A stretch of DNA of 64,000 bases from Nemertoderma westbladi (lineage: Eukaryota; Animalia; Xenacoelomorpha), in the NCBI GenBank assembly GCA_032718475.1, contig JAUCBJ010000777.1:44983-108982 (forward strand). Reading direction: 5' to 3'. This document shows positions 38,940 through 52,906 of the stretch, piece after piece (the first letter of the stretch is position 1; every line of letters starts with the position of its first letter). The notes under the pieces are model-generated. The model did not search any database. It saw nothing but the letters and a program-made list of their open reading frames with translations, and was not told the origin of the DNA. Both the position numbers and the translations under genes were made by a program.

Positions 38940-41271
38940 CGCATATCTTCTGTGTAAGTGAGATGGAAGGGAAGGCCTTGGTTTCAAAGACATCGTAAGT
39001 TTATCCAGATAAAGTGATTCCATTGGATGGGGATAGAATTTGGAATCAAATGGAGGGAATTTCAAAATTATTCGGAGATTACGGCCTGGTTACTAAAATA
39101 TTATGGTTATCATAATAATTTATATAATTGTTAGATTTAAACAAATCAATGGAAACGTTATTGCCATTTGGCTTTATCATTAACTATCGCAACAAATTAA
39201 ATATAAATATTTAACTATACTAAAGTTTAGTAATTAAACTCATTATTGCAATTTAAATTAAATATGAACATAATAATACAAAACCTCTATCACAATAACG
39301 TGTATATTTACCATAGTATCATATTTACATAAACAATTGGGATTGGAACACCTGTCATACCTGCCTAATTCACATAGAATAGGTGGAGCCCACAATAATA
39401 ATGTTACTGCTGTGTAAATGTCAGTTACAACTTGGGGTTTCAGTAAAAAAATTATTGAATTTTACAGCAATTCATATAAAATAATTATAGATTTAAATTA
39501 GACAAATTACGAACCCTGTGTATCCAATACAGACCCCCAGGGGTTTACTGACCTAGTCTGTAACCAATCCACTGATCGCTGTAATTAATGGTAAGTATAT
39601 CCCTTATAAGGATATAAATAGCTGTACTGGTGTTTTTGAGTGCAGAATGGAGTGCGATTGTCCAAACAGAGTTGATAGTTTAGTAACACGGACGGACGTA
39701 CAATGACATAGGGTTGTCGGGTAACTTTAGGGAGACCACAACCAGCCACAGTGGGACCGAGATAATTAGAATCGATTAGATAAACATATAACATTATAGT
39801 AGTTCTGAATGGGAACCAACTCCGTTACACTCATTGTAAACCAATATATTATTGGTTAAATAATATAACCAATGGGAAACTCTGAGTTATAATTAAAGCG
39901 TTTTATTAGTGGATGGTCCAGGTTTGAGTCTACCAAAGGGACGTAGCAGATACACAGGTATTACTCGAAAACTCAATACCGATATTATGGGATTAATATC
40001 GACCAAAAACGAATTAAATGGAAATCAATCATGTATTTAAATCTGATATAAATTAATTATTTTAGATCTAATTTTAGCGAACATTGCGAGCTCTCCCTAT
40101 GGAAAATAATAATTAGATTTATGTTATTATTTATAATATTATAATATAATATAAATTATTACTAAACCTATCTATAATGATGGCCCTTAACATCAATACT
40201 ATAAATTATATTGATAAAGTAAAAGCTACACATATTAAACGTATGCTTGGAATCCATAAGTCAGCATCGTCTACTATGGCCCTACATCTCGTGAAACAAC
40301 AAACCCTCGTAGAAGATATCATTGCTATGTTTCCGTGAAACAACAAACCCTCGTAGAAGATATCATTGCTATGTTTCCTGGAATCTTTGCTAACGACGTC
40401 GTTACCCGATACTCCGATACGCGAGTCAAATTTTGTTTCTGAGGGATACTCACGAGGACCAGCATTCCAGTCCTCGACGTGGCGACGGCCGGGTCAACGC
40501 AACCGCCACGTGGTAACCCGTGCCACAGCCCATGGTTTCCACCATCTCATCTGTCTGAACCTCCAGCCTTTCCACCCGATGTCCTCGACCTGCGTCTGCC
40601 GACACTGCGCTGAACCATGCGGTGACCGCTACCACGCCCTATCGTGCACCTCGTGCCCGCCACTGTCCACGCTCTCCACAACCTGACCTGACGCTCCAGT
40701 ATAAAACTAATCTCAATGGAACTTTTAGTCTGTTTTTTAATATTTAATTTTCCAATCGCTGTATATACATTTTTATCCCGCTTGGGGGTGTATCTTGAAT
40801 TATTAAATACTATAATTATTTAATATTCGGTAAGATACGGAATTGAACTGATTTTACTCAATCATTTGATCTGATCTTTGATCTGATCTTCTACGGAGTA
40901 CTTGGAGAGTTTGAGGTTACAACATCTGAACTTCTGTCTGAAGGGTTGGATTACTTTATTGGGGTGGTGGTTACAACATCTGAACTACTGTCTGAAGGGT
41001 TGGATTACTTTATTGGGGTGGTGTTAATAGTTTCTCATCTGTTGATGTTTTTAATTAAGTTTATCTTATATTTCTTGGTATATTCCAATATTATATATAT
41101 CATGTTCTGCTTCTGTTTTCTTCTGTAAATTCGGTTATTCTGTAAATAGAGAAATAAAATAGGACCATACAAAATTCGTATTTTATTGAAATAGTATATG
41201 AAGAACTTTAAGGAGCAATTCTAACTTTCTAAACACTTACATTTCTACTTGACTGAAAACCAAAACTATTT

Positions 41272-43019
41272 GAAGTTAGGACAATTCCGACCCGGACAAT
41301 TCCGACCCGGATAATTCCGACCCGGACAATTCCGACCCAGACAATTCCGACCCGGATAATTCCGAACCGGGCAATTCCGACCCGGACAATTCCGACCCGG
41401 AAAATTCCGACCCGGACAATTCCGAACCGGGAAATTCCGACCCGGTAAATTCCCACCCGGACAATTCCGACCCGGACAAGTACGTCCCGGACAATTCCGA
41501 CCCGGACAAGTACGACCCACTCAGAGATCGAATGAAATTTTCATGGCTAGGAATTGTCCGGGTCGGAATTATCCGGATTCAAATAAATAAAAATAATTAA
41601 TATAAATTACCGGTAATCAATAACAAAAATTTGTCTTCTAGAACACTAATATTTTTCTTAATTAATAGCTAATATGTTTTAGAACACTTTAAAAATAGTA
41701 GCAAAAACTAGTTAGTATTAAACATTTTGTGGGGGTTGGTGTGTTGTGGGGGTTGGTGTGTTGTGGGGGTTGGTGTGTTGTGGGGGTTGGTGTGTTGTGG
41801 GGGTTGGTGTGTTGTGGTGGTTGGTGTGTTGTACGGGTTGGTGTGTTGTGGGGGTTGGTGTGTTGTGGGAGGTTGGTGTGTTGTGCGGGTTGGTGTGTTG
41901 TGGGGGTTGGTGTGTTGTGGGGGTTGGTGTGTTGTGGGGGTTGGTGTGTTGTAGGGGTTGGTGTGTTGTGGGGGTTGGTGTGCTGTGGGGGTTGGTGTGT
42001 TGTGGTGGTTGGTGTGTTGTGGTGGTTGGTGTGTTGTGGGGGTTGGTGTGTTGTGGGGGTTGGTGTGTTGTGGGGGTTGGTGTGCTGTGGGGGTTGGTGT
42101 GTTGTGGGGGTTGGTGTGTTGTGGGGGTTGGTGTGTTGTGGGGGTTGGTGTGTTGTGGGAGGTTGGTGTGTTGTGCGGGTTGGTGTGTTGTGGGGGTTGG
42201 TGTGTTGTGGGGGTTGGTGTGTTGTGGGGGTTGGTGTGTTGTGGGGGTTGGTGTGTTGTAGGGGTTGGTGTGTTGTGGGGGTTGGTGTGTTGTGGGGGTT
42301 GGTGTGTTGTGGTGGTTGGTGTGTTGTGGTGGTTGGTGTGTTGTGGGGGTTGGTGTGTTGTGGGGGTTGGTGTGTTGTGGGGGTTGGTGTGCTGTGGGGG
42401 TTGGTGTGTTGTGGGGGTTGGTGTGTTGTGGGGGTTGGTGTGTTGTGGGGGTTGGTGTGTTGTGGGGGTTGGTGTGTTGTGGGAGGTTGGTGTGTTGTGC
42501 GGGTTGTGTGGGTGTTGTGGGGGTTGGTGTGTTGTGGGGGGGTGTGTGGGGGGGTGTGTGGGGGTTGGTGTGTTGTGGGGGTTGGTGTGTTGTGGGGTTG
42601 GTGTGTTGTGGGGGTTGGTGTGTTGTGGGGGTTGGTGTGTTGTGGGGGTTGGTGTGTTGTGGGGGTTGGTGTGTTGTGGGGGTTGGTGTGTTGTGGGGGT
42701 TGGTGTGTTGTGGGGGTTGGGGGTTGGTACAGACTAATACCGAATCCACTCAATTCTAAAATTATTTACTATACAACTATAAAATTACATAGTAAACGAA
42801 GAATATCCACGGACACAGCTTATAATCTTATGTTGAATAATAAAAAATACAATGTTAAATAAAATTATTATTTATTATTATTATTTTTTAATTATTTGGG
42901 TCGGAATTGTCCTATGCTGGATCCGGACAATTCCGACCCCGGACAATTCTGACCCATGAAAATTTTATTTGATCTCTAAATGGGTCGGAATTGTCCGGGT
43001 CGGAATTGTCCGGGACACC
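41272..43019. mobile_element. Non-autonomous TIR DNA transposon with 15-bp subterminal repeats (MULE-like by inference)
   Basis: ccggacaattccgac arrays inverted at the two ends; inverted acccactcagagatcgaatgaaattttcatgg / ccatgaaaattttatttgatctctaaatgggt; AACTATTT at 41264-41271 and 43020-43027 as 8-bp TSD. Confidence 0.8.
41729..42727. repeat. 17-bp G/T-rich minisatellite (gggggttggtgtgttgt), ~58 copies
   Basis: Direct inspection; 17-aa periodicity of the ORFs in all frames. Confidence 0.97.
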
Positions 43020-44211
43020 AACTATTTCTAGGGGCCTTTGCGACTCAATGTAACTCACCTTAATATATCCAATATAAATAAAGTGGTTTATTGTAGATTT
43101 ATTTCGAATTTAATATATGTTGCCGATATCTCAATGTTAAATAATAATCTGTCAGAGTTGAACTGGTTGAACTGCAGTTGTAGATTTAATAAACAAGAGG
43201 TGATACTTGGCTGAAATATAATAAAACGGAAAAATATTACGATATAATATTAAATTTTAATTAGCTTATATAAATTTGTTCAATGAAATTAACGATTTGG
43301 TTTATATCATATTTATTTATCTAAATTTAATATAATCCTAATATTTATCTGAAGTTTGTCTATCGTTCTCTAAATAGAGACAATCTTTATGAGAAATTGT
43401 TCTCGAAGTTTTTCAACTCAATGTAACTCACCTAGATATATCGAAGCTGTACCACCACATACAGTAGGTAGGGTCACATATATTTTATGTCTAGTTGATC
43501 TTTCTGATATTTTGAGTTTATATCATTGAGTTGTAGATTTAGAAACTTTCTAGTTAGTTGGCTGAAATATAACAAAAAGGAAACATTATGATGTTAGTTT
43601 AACAAACCGTGGAACGTGACCTACTGTAGATTTTTAGTAATGTTATCAATTCCGAAAAGTGCTGATATGGTACGGCGGGTGCCAGGAACTCCTCATATCA
43701 CGAAAACTACTGGAGCTATTAAATTTCTCCTCTGAAAGAGGATATAATTTTAGTTAGGGACAAGTATGTACTTTCGACGCGCTAGACGTCTTATTTCAGG
43801 GATTCTATCGAAGAGAAATATCTGGCCCACTAAATTTAGGGGCTTTGCAGCAGCTTGGCGGGTCGTATCTATTGTAGGTCATGACTGAAACTTCATAAAC
43901 ACTTAGACTGCTGTTGTTATTAGCAAAAACCAATACCGGTTCTGTAGCATTATAAGATGTAGAACAAGTAACGAAATCATTGTATATTTTATGCCCGGCT
44001 GATATACTTACTTTAATATTTAATGAGTTAGTGGTGACCAACTGGAGTTTGTAAATGTTGAATCATCAAGTTACACGAAATGTTCCAGTTCTTTCATTGA
44101 ATTTACAAAAGTTTGTTTCTTTTGCGACAGACTTTAATCTATTAATAAAATTAGGAATAATAAATTTCATTTTAATGGAAAATTTAAAAAACATACTAGC
44201 TAAACATAACA

Positions 44212-44422
44212 TGTCCGAGTTCGCTCGACCTAGTAGTAGTAGTAGTGTCAACTACAACTGCTTGAACCACCTGTATCAACCACTATATGTGAGTGCAGAT
44301 TCAGTGTGCACTGCTGGAGAAGTAAACATCAGGTCATTCCAGATCTACTTTTCTGGCAACCAACACATGGAAAGCTTAGCCGTGGACGACCGGCTATAAC
44401 ATTTAAAGACCAGCTTGAAAGG
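44212..44422 (+). mobile_element. Short RTE LINE remnant(s)
   Basis: HCWRSKHQVIPDLLFWQPTHGKLSRGRPAITFKDQL matches the RTE C-terminal motif (compare 33749-34087); preceded by a (TAG)n tail-like run. Confidence 0.7.
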
Positions 44423-47400
44423 AAGTTCCATTTCAGTTCCCAGATTGAGGTTCCTAGTGCAGGTAATTATTACTTACCAGTAATTAAGTTCCATTTCAGT
44501 TCCCAGATTGGGGTTCCTGGTACAGGTAATTATTACTTACCAGTAATTAAGTTCCATTTCAGTTCCCAGATTGGGGTTCCTAGTACAGGTAATTATTACT
44601 TACCAGTAATAAAGTTCCATTTCAGTTCCCAGATTGGGGTTCCTAGTACAGGTAATTATTACTTACCAGTAATTAAGTTCCATTTCAGTTCCCAGATTGG
44701 GGTTCCTGGTACAGGTAATTATTACTTACCAGTAATTAAGTTCCATTTCAGTTCCCAGATTGGGGTTCCTAGTACAGGTAATTATTACTTACCAGTAATT
44801 AAGTTCCATTTCAGTTCCCAGATTGAGGTTCCTGGTATAGGTAATTATTACTTACCAGTAATTAAGTTCCATTTCAGTTCCCAGATTGGGGTTCCTGGTA
44901 CAGGTAATTATTACTTACCAGTAATTAAGTTCAATTTCAGTTCCCAGATTGGGGTTCCTAGTACAGGTAATTATTACTTACCAGTAATTAAGTTCCACTT
45001 CAGTTCCCAGATTGGGGTTCCTACTACAGGTAATTATTACTTACCAGTAATTAAGTTCCATTTCAGTTCCCAGATTGGGGTTCCTGGTACAGGTAATTAT
45101 TACTTACCAGTAATTAAGTTCCATTTCAGTTCCCAGATTGGGGTTCCTGGTACAGGTAATTATTACTTACCAGTAATTAAGTTCCATTTCAGTTCCCAGA
45201 TTGGGGTTCCTGGTACAGGTAATTATTACTTACCAGTAATTAAGTTCCATTTCAGTTCCCAGATTGGGGTTCCTGGTACAGGTAATTATTACTTACCAGT
45301 AATTAAGTTTCATTTCAGTTCCCAGATTGGGGTTCCTGGTACAGGTAATTATTACTTACCAGTAATTAAGTTTCATTTCAGTTCCCAGATTGGGGTTCCT
45401 GGTACAGGTAATTATTACTTACCAGTAATTAAGTTCCATTTCAGTTCCCAGATTGAGGTTCCTAGTACAGGTAATTATTACTTACCAGTAATTAAGTTCC
45501 ATTTCAGTTCCCAGATTGGGGTTCCTGGTACAGGTAATTATTACTTACCAGTAATTAAGTTCCATTTCAGTTCCCAGATTGGGGTTCCTGGTACAGGTAA
45601 TTATTACTTACCAGTAATTAAGTTCCATTTCAGTTCCCAGATTGGGGTTCCTGGTACAGGTAATTATTACTTACCAGTAATTAAGTTTCATTTCAGTTTC
45701 CAGATTGGGGTTCCTGGTACAGGTAATTATTACTTACCAGTAATTAAGTTTCATTTCAGTTCCCAGATTGGGGTTCCTGGTACAGGTAATTATTACTTAC
45801 CAGTAATTAAGTTCCATTTCAGTTCCCAGATTGAGGTTCCTAGTACAGGTAATTATTACTTACCAGTAATTAAGTTCCATTTCAGTTCCCAGATTGGGGT
45901 TCCTGGTACAGGTAATTATTACTTACCAGTAATTAAGTTCCATTTCAGTTCCCAGATTGGGGTTCCTGGTACAGGTAATTATTACTTACCAGTAATTAAG
46001 TTCCATTTCAGTTCCCAGATTGGGGTTCCTAGTACAGGTAATTATTACTTACCAGTAATTAAGTTCCATTTCAGTTTCCAGATTGAGGTTCCTAGTACAG
46101 GTAATTATTACTTACCAGTAATTAAGTTCCATTTCAGTTCCCAGATTGGGGTTCCTAGTACAGGTAATTATTACTTACCAGTAATTAAGTTCCACTTCAG
46201 TTCCCAGATTGGGGTTCCTGGTACACACCGGTACCAGTTCCCAGATCGGGGTTCCTGGTACAGGTAATTATTACTTACCAGTAATTAAGTTCCATTTCAG
46301 TTCCCAGATTGGGGTTCCTGGTACAGGTAATTATTACTTACCAGTAGTTAAGTTCCATTTCAGTTCCCAGATTGGGGTTCCTGGTACAGGTAATTATTAC
46401 TTACCAGTAATTAAGTTCCATTTCAGTTCCCAGATTGGGGTTCCTGGTACAGGTAATTATTACTTACCAGTAATTAAGTTCCATTTCAGTTCCCAGATTG
46501 GGGTTCCTAGTACAGGTAATTATTACTTACCAGTAATTAAGTTCCATTTCAGTTCCCAGATTGAGGTTCCTAGTACAGGTAATTATTACTTACCAGTAAT
46601 TAAGTTCCATTTCAGTTCCCAGATTGGGGTTCCTAGTACAGGTAATTATTACTTACCAGTAATTAAGTTCCACTTCAGTTCCCAGATTGAGGTTCCTAGT
46701 ACAGGTAATTATTACTTACCAGTAATTTAGTTCCATTTCAGTTCCCAGATTGGGGTTCCTAGTACAGGTAATTATTACTTACCAGTAATTAAGTTCCATT
46801 TCAGTTCCCAGATTGGGGTTCCTGGTACAGGTAATTATTACTTACCAGTAATTAAGTTCCATTTCAGTTCCCAGATTGGGGTTCCTGGTACAGGTAATTA
46901 TTACTTACCAGTAATTAAGTTCCATTTCAGTTCCCAGATTGGGGTTCCTGGTACAGGTAATTATTACTTACCAGTAATTAAGTTCCATTTCAGTTCCCAG
47001 ATTGGGGTTCCTGGTACAGGTAATTATTACTTACCAGTAATTAAGTTCCATTTCAGTTCCCAGATTGGGGTTCCTGGTACAGGTAATTATTACTTACCAG
47101 TAATTAAGTTCCATTTCAGTTCCCAGATTGGGGTTCCTGGTACAGGTAATTATTACTTACCAGTAATTAAGTTTCATTTCAGTTCCCAGATTGGGGTTCC
47201 TGGTACAGGTAATTATTACTTACCAGTAATTAAGTTTCATTTCAGTTCCCAGATTGGGGTTCCTGGTACAGGTAATTATTACTTACCAGTAATTAAGTTC
47301 CATTTCAGTTCCCAGATTGAGGTTCCTAGTACAGGTAATTATTACTTACCAGTAATTAAGTTCCATTTCAGTTCCCAGATTGGGGTTCCTGGTACAGGTA

Positions 47401-50400
47401 ATTATTACTTACTAGTAATTAAGTTCCATTTCAGTTCCCAGATTGGGGTTCCTGGTACAGGTAATTATTACTTACCAGTAATTAAGTTCCATTTCAGTTC
47501 CCAGATTGGGGTTCCTGGTACAGGTAATTATTACTTACCAGTAATTAAGTTTCATTTCAGTTTCCAGATTGGGGTTCCTGGTACAGGTAATTATTACTTA
47601 CCAGTAATTAAGTTCCATTTCAGTTCCCAGATTGAGGTTCCTAGTACAGGTAATTATTACTTACCAGTAATTAAGTTCCATTTCAGTTCCCAGATTGGGG
47701 TTCCTGGTACAGGTAATTATTACTTACCAGTAATTAAGTTCCACTTCAGTTCCCAGATTGAGGTTCCTAGTACAGGTAATTATTACTTACCAGTAATTAA
47801 GTTCCATTTCAGTTCCCAGATTGGGGTTCCTGGTACAGGTAATTATTACTTACCAGTAATTAAGTTTCATTTCAGTTCCCAGATTGGGGTTCCTGGTACA
47901 GTTAATTATTACTTACCAGTAATTAAGTTTCATTTCAGTTCCCAGATTGGGGTTCCTGGTACAGGTAATTATTACTTACCAGTAATTAAGTTCCATTTCA
48001 GTTCCCAGATTGAGGTTCCTAGTACAGGTAATTATTACTTACCAGTAATTAAGTTCCATTTCAGTTCCCAGATTGGGGTTCCTGGTACAGGTAATTATTA
48101 CTTACCAGTAATTAAGTTCCATTTCAGTTCCCAGATTGGGGTTCCTGGTACAGGTAATTATTACTTACCAGTAATTAAGTTCCATTTCAGTTCCCAGATT
48201 GGGGTTCCTGGTACAGGTAATTATTACTTACCAGTAATTAAGTTTCATTTCAGTTTCCAGATTGGGGTTCCTGGTACAGGTAATTATTACTTACCAGTAA
48301 TTAAGTTCCATTTCAGTTCCCAGATTGAGGTTCCTAGTACAGGTAATTATTACTTACCAGTAATTAAGTTCCATTTCAGTTCCCAGATTGGGGTTCCTGG
48401 TACAGGTAATTATTACTTACCAGTAATTAAGTTCCATTTCAGTTCCCAGATTGGGGTTCCTAGTACAGGTAATTATTACTTACCAGTAATTAAGTTCCAT
48501 TTCAGTTCCCAGATTGGGGTTCCTGGTACAGGTAATTATTACTTACCAGTAATTAAGTTTCATTTCAGTTCCCAGATTGGGGTTCCTGGTACAGGTAATT
48601 ATTACTTACCAGTAATTAAGTTCCATTTCAGTTCCCAGATTGAGGTTCCTAGTACAGGTAATTATTACTTACCAGTAATTAAGTTCCATTTCAGTTTCCA
48701 GATTGAGGTTCCTAGTACAGGTAATTATTACTTACCAGTAATTAAGTTCCATTTCAGTTCCCAGATTGGGGTTCCTAGTACAGGTAATTATTACTTACCA
48801 GTAATTAAGTTCCACTTCAGTTCCCAGATTGGGGTTCCTGGTACACACCGGTACCAGTTCCCAGATCGGGGTTCCTGGTACAGGTAATTATTACTTACCA
48901 GTAATTAAGTTCCATTTCAGTTCCCAGATTGGGGTTCCTGGTACAGGTAATTATTACTTACCAGTAGTTAAGTTCCATTTCAGTTCCCAGATTGGGGTTC
49001 CTGGTACAGGTAATTATTACTTACCAGTAATTAAGTTCCATTTCAGTTCCCAGATTGGGGTTCCTGGTACAGGTAATTATTACTTACCAGTAATTAAGTT
49101 CCATTTCAGTTCCCAGATTGGGGTTCCTAGTACAGGTAATTATTACTTACCAGTAATTAAGTTCCATTTCAGTTCCCAGATTGAGGTTCCTAGTACAGGT
49201 AATTATTACTTACCAGTAATTAAGTTCCATTTCAGTTCCCAGATTGGGGTTCCTAGTACAGGTAATTATTACTTACCAGTAATTAAGTTCCACTTCAGTT
49301 CCCAGATTGAGGTTCCTAGTACAGGTAATTATTACTTACCAGTAATTAAGTTCCATTTCAGTTCCCAGATTGGGGTTCCTAGTACAGGTAATTATTACTT
49401 ACCAGTAATTAAGTTCCATTTCAGTTCCCAGATTGGGGTTCCTGGTACAGGTAATTATTACTTACCAGTAATTAAGTTCCATTTCAGTTCCCAGATTGGG
49501 GTTCCTGGTACAGGTAATTATTACTTACCAGTAATTAAGTTCCATTTCAGTTCCCAGATTGGGGTTCCTGGTACAGGTAATTATTACTTACCAGTAATTA
49601 AGTTCCATTTCAGTTCCCAGATTGGGGTTCCTGGTACAGGTAATTATTACTTACCAGTAATTAAGTTCCATTTCAGTTCCCAGATTGGGGTTCCTGGTAC
49701 AGGTAATTATTACTTACCAGTAATTAAGTTCCATTTCAGTTCCCAGATTGGGGTTCCTGGTACAGGTAATTATTACTTACCAGTAATTAAGTTCCATTTC
49801 AGTTCCCAGATTGGGGTTCCTAGTACAGGTAATTATTACTTACCAGTAATTAAGTTCCATTTCAGTTTCCAGATTGAGGTTCCTAGTACAGGTAATTATT
49901 ACTTACCAGTAATTAAGTTCCATTTCAGTTCCCAGATTGGGGTTCCTAGTACAGGTAATTATTACTTACCAGTAATTAAGTTCCACTTCAGTTCCCAGAT
50001 TGGGGTTCCTGGTACACACCGGTACCAGTTCCCAGATCGGGGTTCCTGGTACAGGTAATTATTACTTACCAGTAATTAAGTTCCATTTCAGTTCCCAGAT
50101 TGGGGTTCCTGGTACAGGTAATTATTACTTACCAGTAATTAAGTTCCATTTCAGTTCCCAGATTGGGGTTCCTGGTACAGGTAATTATTACTTACCAGTA
50201 ATTAAGTTCCATTTCAGTTTCCAGATTGAGGTTCCTAGTACAGGTAATTATTACTTACCAGTAATTAAGTTCCATTTCAGTTCCCAGATTGGGGTTCCTA
50301 GTACAGGTAATTATTACTTACCAGTAATTAAGTTCCACTTCAGTTCCCAGATTGGGGTTCCTGGTACACACCGGTACCAGTTCCCAGATCGGGGTTCCTG

Positions 50401-52580
50401 GTACAGGTAATTATTACTTACCAGTAATTAAGTTCCATTTCAGTTCCCAGATTGGGGTTCCAGGTACAGGTAATTATTACTTACCAGTAGTTAAGTTCCA
50501 TTTCAGTTCCTAGATTGGGGTTCCTGGTACAGGTAATTATTACTTACCAGTAATTAAGTTCCATTTCAGTTCCCAGATTGGGGTTCCTGGTACAGGTAAT
50601 TATTACTTACCAGTAATTAAGTTCCATTTCAGTTCCCAGATTGGGGTTCCTAGTACAGGTAATTATTACTTACCAGTAATTAAGTTCCATTTCAGTTCCC
50701 AGATTGAGGTTCCTAGTACAGGTAATTATTACTTACCAGTAATTAAGTTCCATTTCAGTTCCCAGATTGGGGTTCCTAGTACAGGTAATTATTACTTACC
50801 AGTAATTAAGTTCCACTTCAGTTCCCAGATTGAGGTTCCTAGTACAGGTAATTATTACTTACCAGTAATTAAGTTCCATTTCAGTTCCCAGATTGGGGTT
50901 CCTAGTACAGGTAATTATTACTTACCAGTAATTAAGTTCCATTTCAGTTCCCAGATTGGGGTTCCTGGTACAGGTAATTATTACTTACCAGTAATTAAGT
51001 TCCATTTCAGTTCCCAGATTGGGGTTGCTGGTACAGGTAATTATTACTTACCAGTAATTAAGTTCCATTTCAGTTCCCAGATTGGGGTTCCTGGTACAGG
51101 TAATTATTACTTACCAGTAATTAAGTTCCATTTCAGTTCCCAGATTGGGGTTCCTGGTACAGGTAATTATTACTTACCAGTAATTAAGTTCCATTTCAGT
51201 TCCCAGATTGGGGTTCCTGGTACAGGTAATTATTACTTACCAGTAATTAAGTTCCATTTCAGTTCCCAGATTGGGGTTCCTAGTACAGGTAATTATTACT
51301 TACCAGTAATTAAGTTCCATTTCAGTTTCCAGATTGAGGTTCCTAGTACAGGTAATTATTACTTACCAGTAATTAAGTTCCATTTCAGTTCCCAGATTGG
51401 GGTTCCTAGTACAGGTAATTATTACTTACCAGTAATTAAGTTCCACTTCAGTTCCCAGATTGGGGTTCCTGGTACACACCGGTACCAGTTCCCAGATCGG
51501 GGTTCCTGGTACAGGTAATTATTACTTACCAGTAATTAAGTTCCATTTCAGTTCCCAGATTGGGGTTCCTGGTACAGGTAATTATTACTTACCAGTAATT
51601 AAGTTCCATTTCAGTTCCCAGATTGGGGTTCCTGGTACAGGTAATTATTATTTACCAGTAATTAAGTTCCATTTCAGTTCCCAGATTGGGGTTCCTGGTA
51701 CAGCTAATTATTACTTACCAGTAATTAAGTTCCATTTCAGTTCCCAGATTGGGGTTCCTAGTACAGGTAATTATTACTTACCAGTAATTAAGTTCCATTT
51801 CAGTTCCCAGATTGAGGTTCCTAGTACAGGTAATTATTACTTACCAGTAATTAAGTTCCATTTCAGTTCCCAGATTGGGGTTCCTAGTACAGGTAATTAT
51901 TACTTACCAGTAATTAAGTTCCACTTCAGTTCCCAGATTGAGGTTCCTAGTACAGGTAATTATTACTTACCAGTAATTAAGTTCCATTTCAGTTCCCAGA
52001 TTGGGGTTCCTAGTACAGGTAATTATTACTTACCAGTAATTAAGTTCCATTTCAGTTCCCAGATTGGGGTTCCTGGTACAGGTAATTATTACTTACCAGT
52101 AATTAAGTTCCACTTCAGTTCCCAGATTGGGGTGCTTGGTACAGGTAATTATTACTTACCAGTAATTAAGTTCCATTTCAGTTCCCAGATTGGGGTTCCT
52201 GGTACAGGTAATTATTACTTACCAGTAATTAAGTTCCATTTCAGTTCCCAGATTGGGGTTCCTAGTACAGGTAATTATTACTTACCAGTAATTAAGTTCC
52301 ATTTCAGTTCCCAGATTGGGGTTCCTGGTACAGGTAATTATTACTTACCATTAATTAAGTTCCATTTCAGTTCCCAGATTGGGGTTCCTGGTACAGGTAA
52401 TTATTACTTACCAGTAATTAAGTTCCACTTCAGTTCCCAGATTGAGGTTCCTGGTACAGGTAATTATTACTTACCAGTAATTAAGTTCCACTTCAGTTCC
52501 CAGATTGAGGTTCCTGGTACAGGTAATTATAACTTACCAGTAATTAAGTTTCACTTCAGTTCCCAGATTGAGGTTCCTGG
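44423..52580. repeat. 63-bp satellite (~130 copies) with interspersed 37-bp variant units
   Basis: Unit aagttccatttcagttcccagattggggttcctggtacaggtaattattacttaccagtaatt; variant ggtacacaccggtaccagttcccagatcggggttcct near 46220, 48840, 50011, 50363, 51471. Confidence 0.98.
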
Positions 52581-52878
52581 TACACACCGGGTTCCACTTC
52601 AGTTCCCAGATTGAGGTTCCTGGTACACACCGGGTTCCACTTCAGTTCCCAGATTGAGGTTCCTGGTACACACCGGGTTCCACTTCAGTTCCCAGATTGA
52701 GGTTCCTGGTACACACCGGGTTCCACTTCAGTTCCCAGATTGAGGTTCCTGGTACACACCGGGTTCCACTTCAGTTCCCAGATTGAGGTTCCCGGTACAC
52801 ACCGGGTTCCACTTCAGTTCCCAGATTGAGGTTCCTGGTACACACCGGGTTCCACTTCAGTTCCCAGATTGGGGTTCC
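52581..52878. repeat. 43-bp tandem repeat related to the 63-mer (~7 copies)
   Basis: Unit ggttccacttcagttcccagattgaggttcctggtacacaccg. Confidence 0.95.
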
Positions 52879-52906
52879 GGTTAGAGTTTCAGAGTCCAAC
52901 AGGTTC

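Noticed and set aside
40290-40686. PHD-like CRHCAEPCGDRYHALSCTSC and a 44-bp duplication
   Set aside because: Possibly a decayed transposon fragment, but too short and incomplete to call
41229-42862. Mucin-like HTNPHNTPTPTT, GVGVLW and SGSEL ORFs
   Set aside because: Open in multiple frames and strands because of 17- and 15-bp repeats inside a TIR element
43040-44200. Degenerate ~370-bp duplication and short ORFs (43805-44041)
   Set aside because: No recognisable motifs or splice support
44306-52614. Long ORFs of KFHFSSQIGVPGTGNYYLPVI repeats (653, 409, 384 aa etc.)
   Set aside because: By-product of a 63-bp stop-free frame; broken by 37-bp variant units; the N-terminus is a LINE remnant
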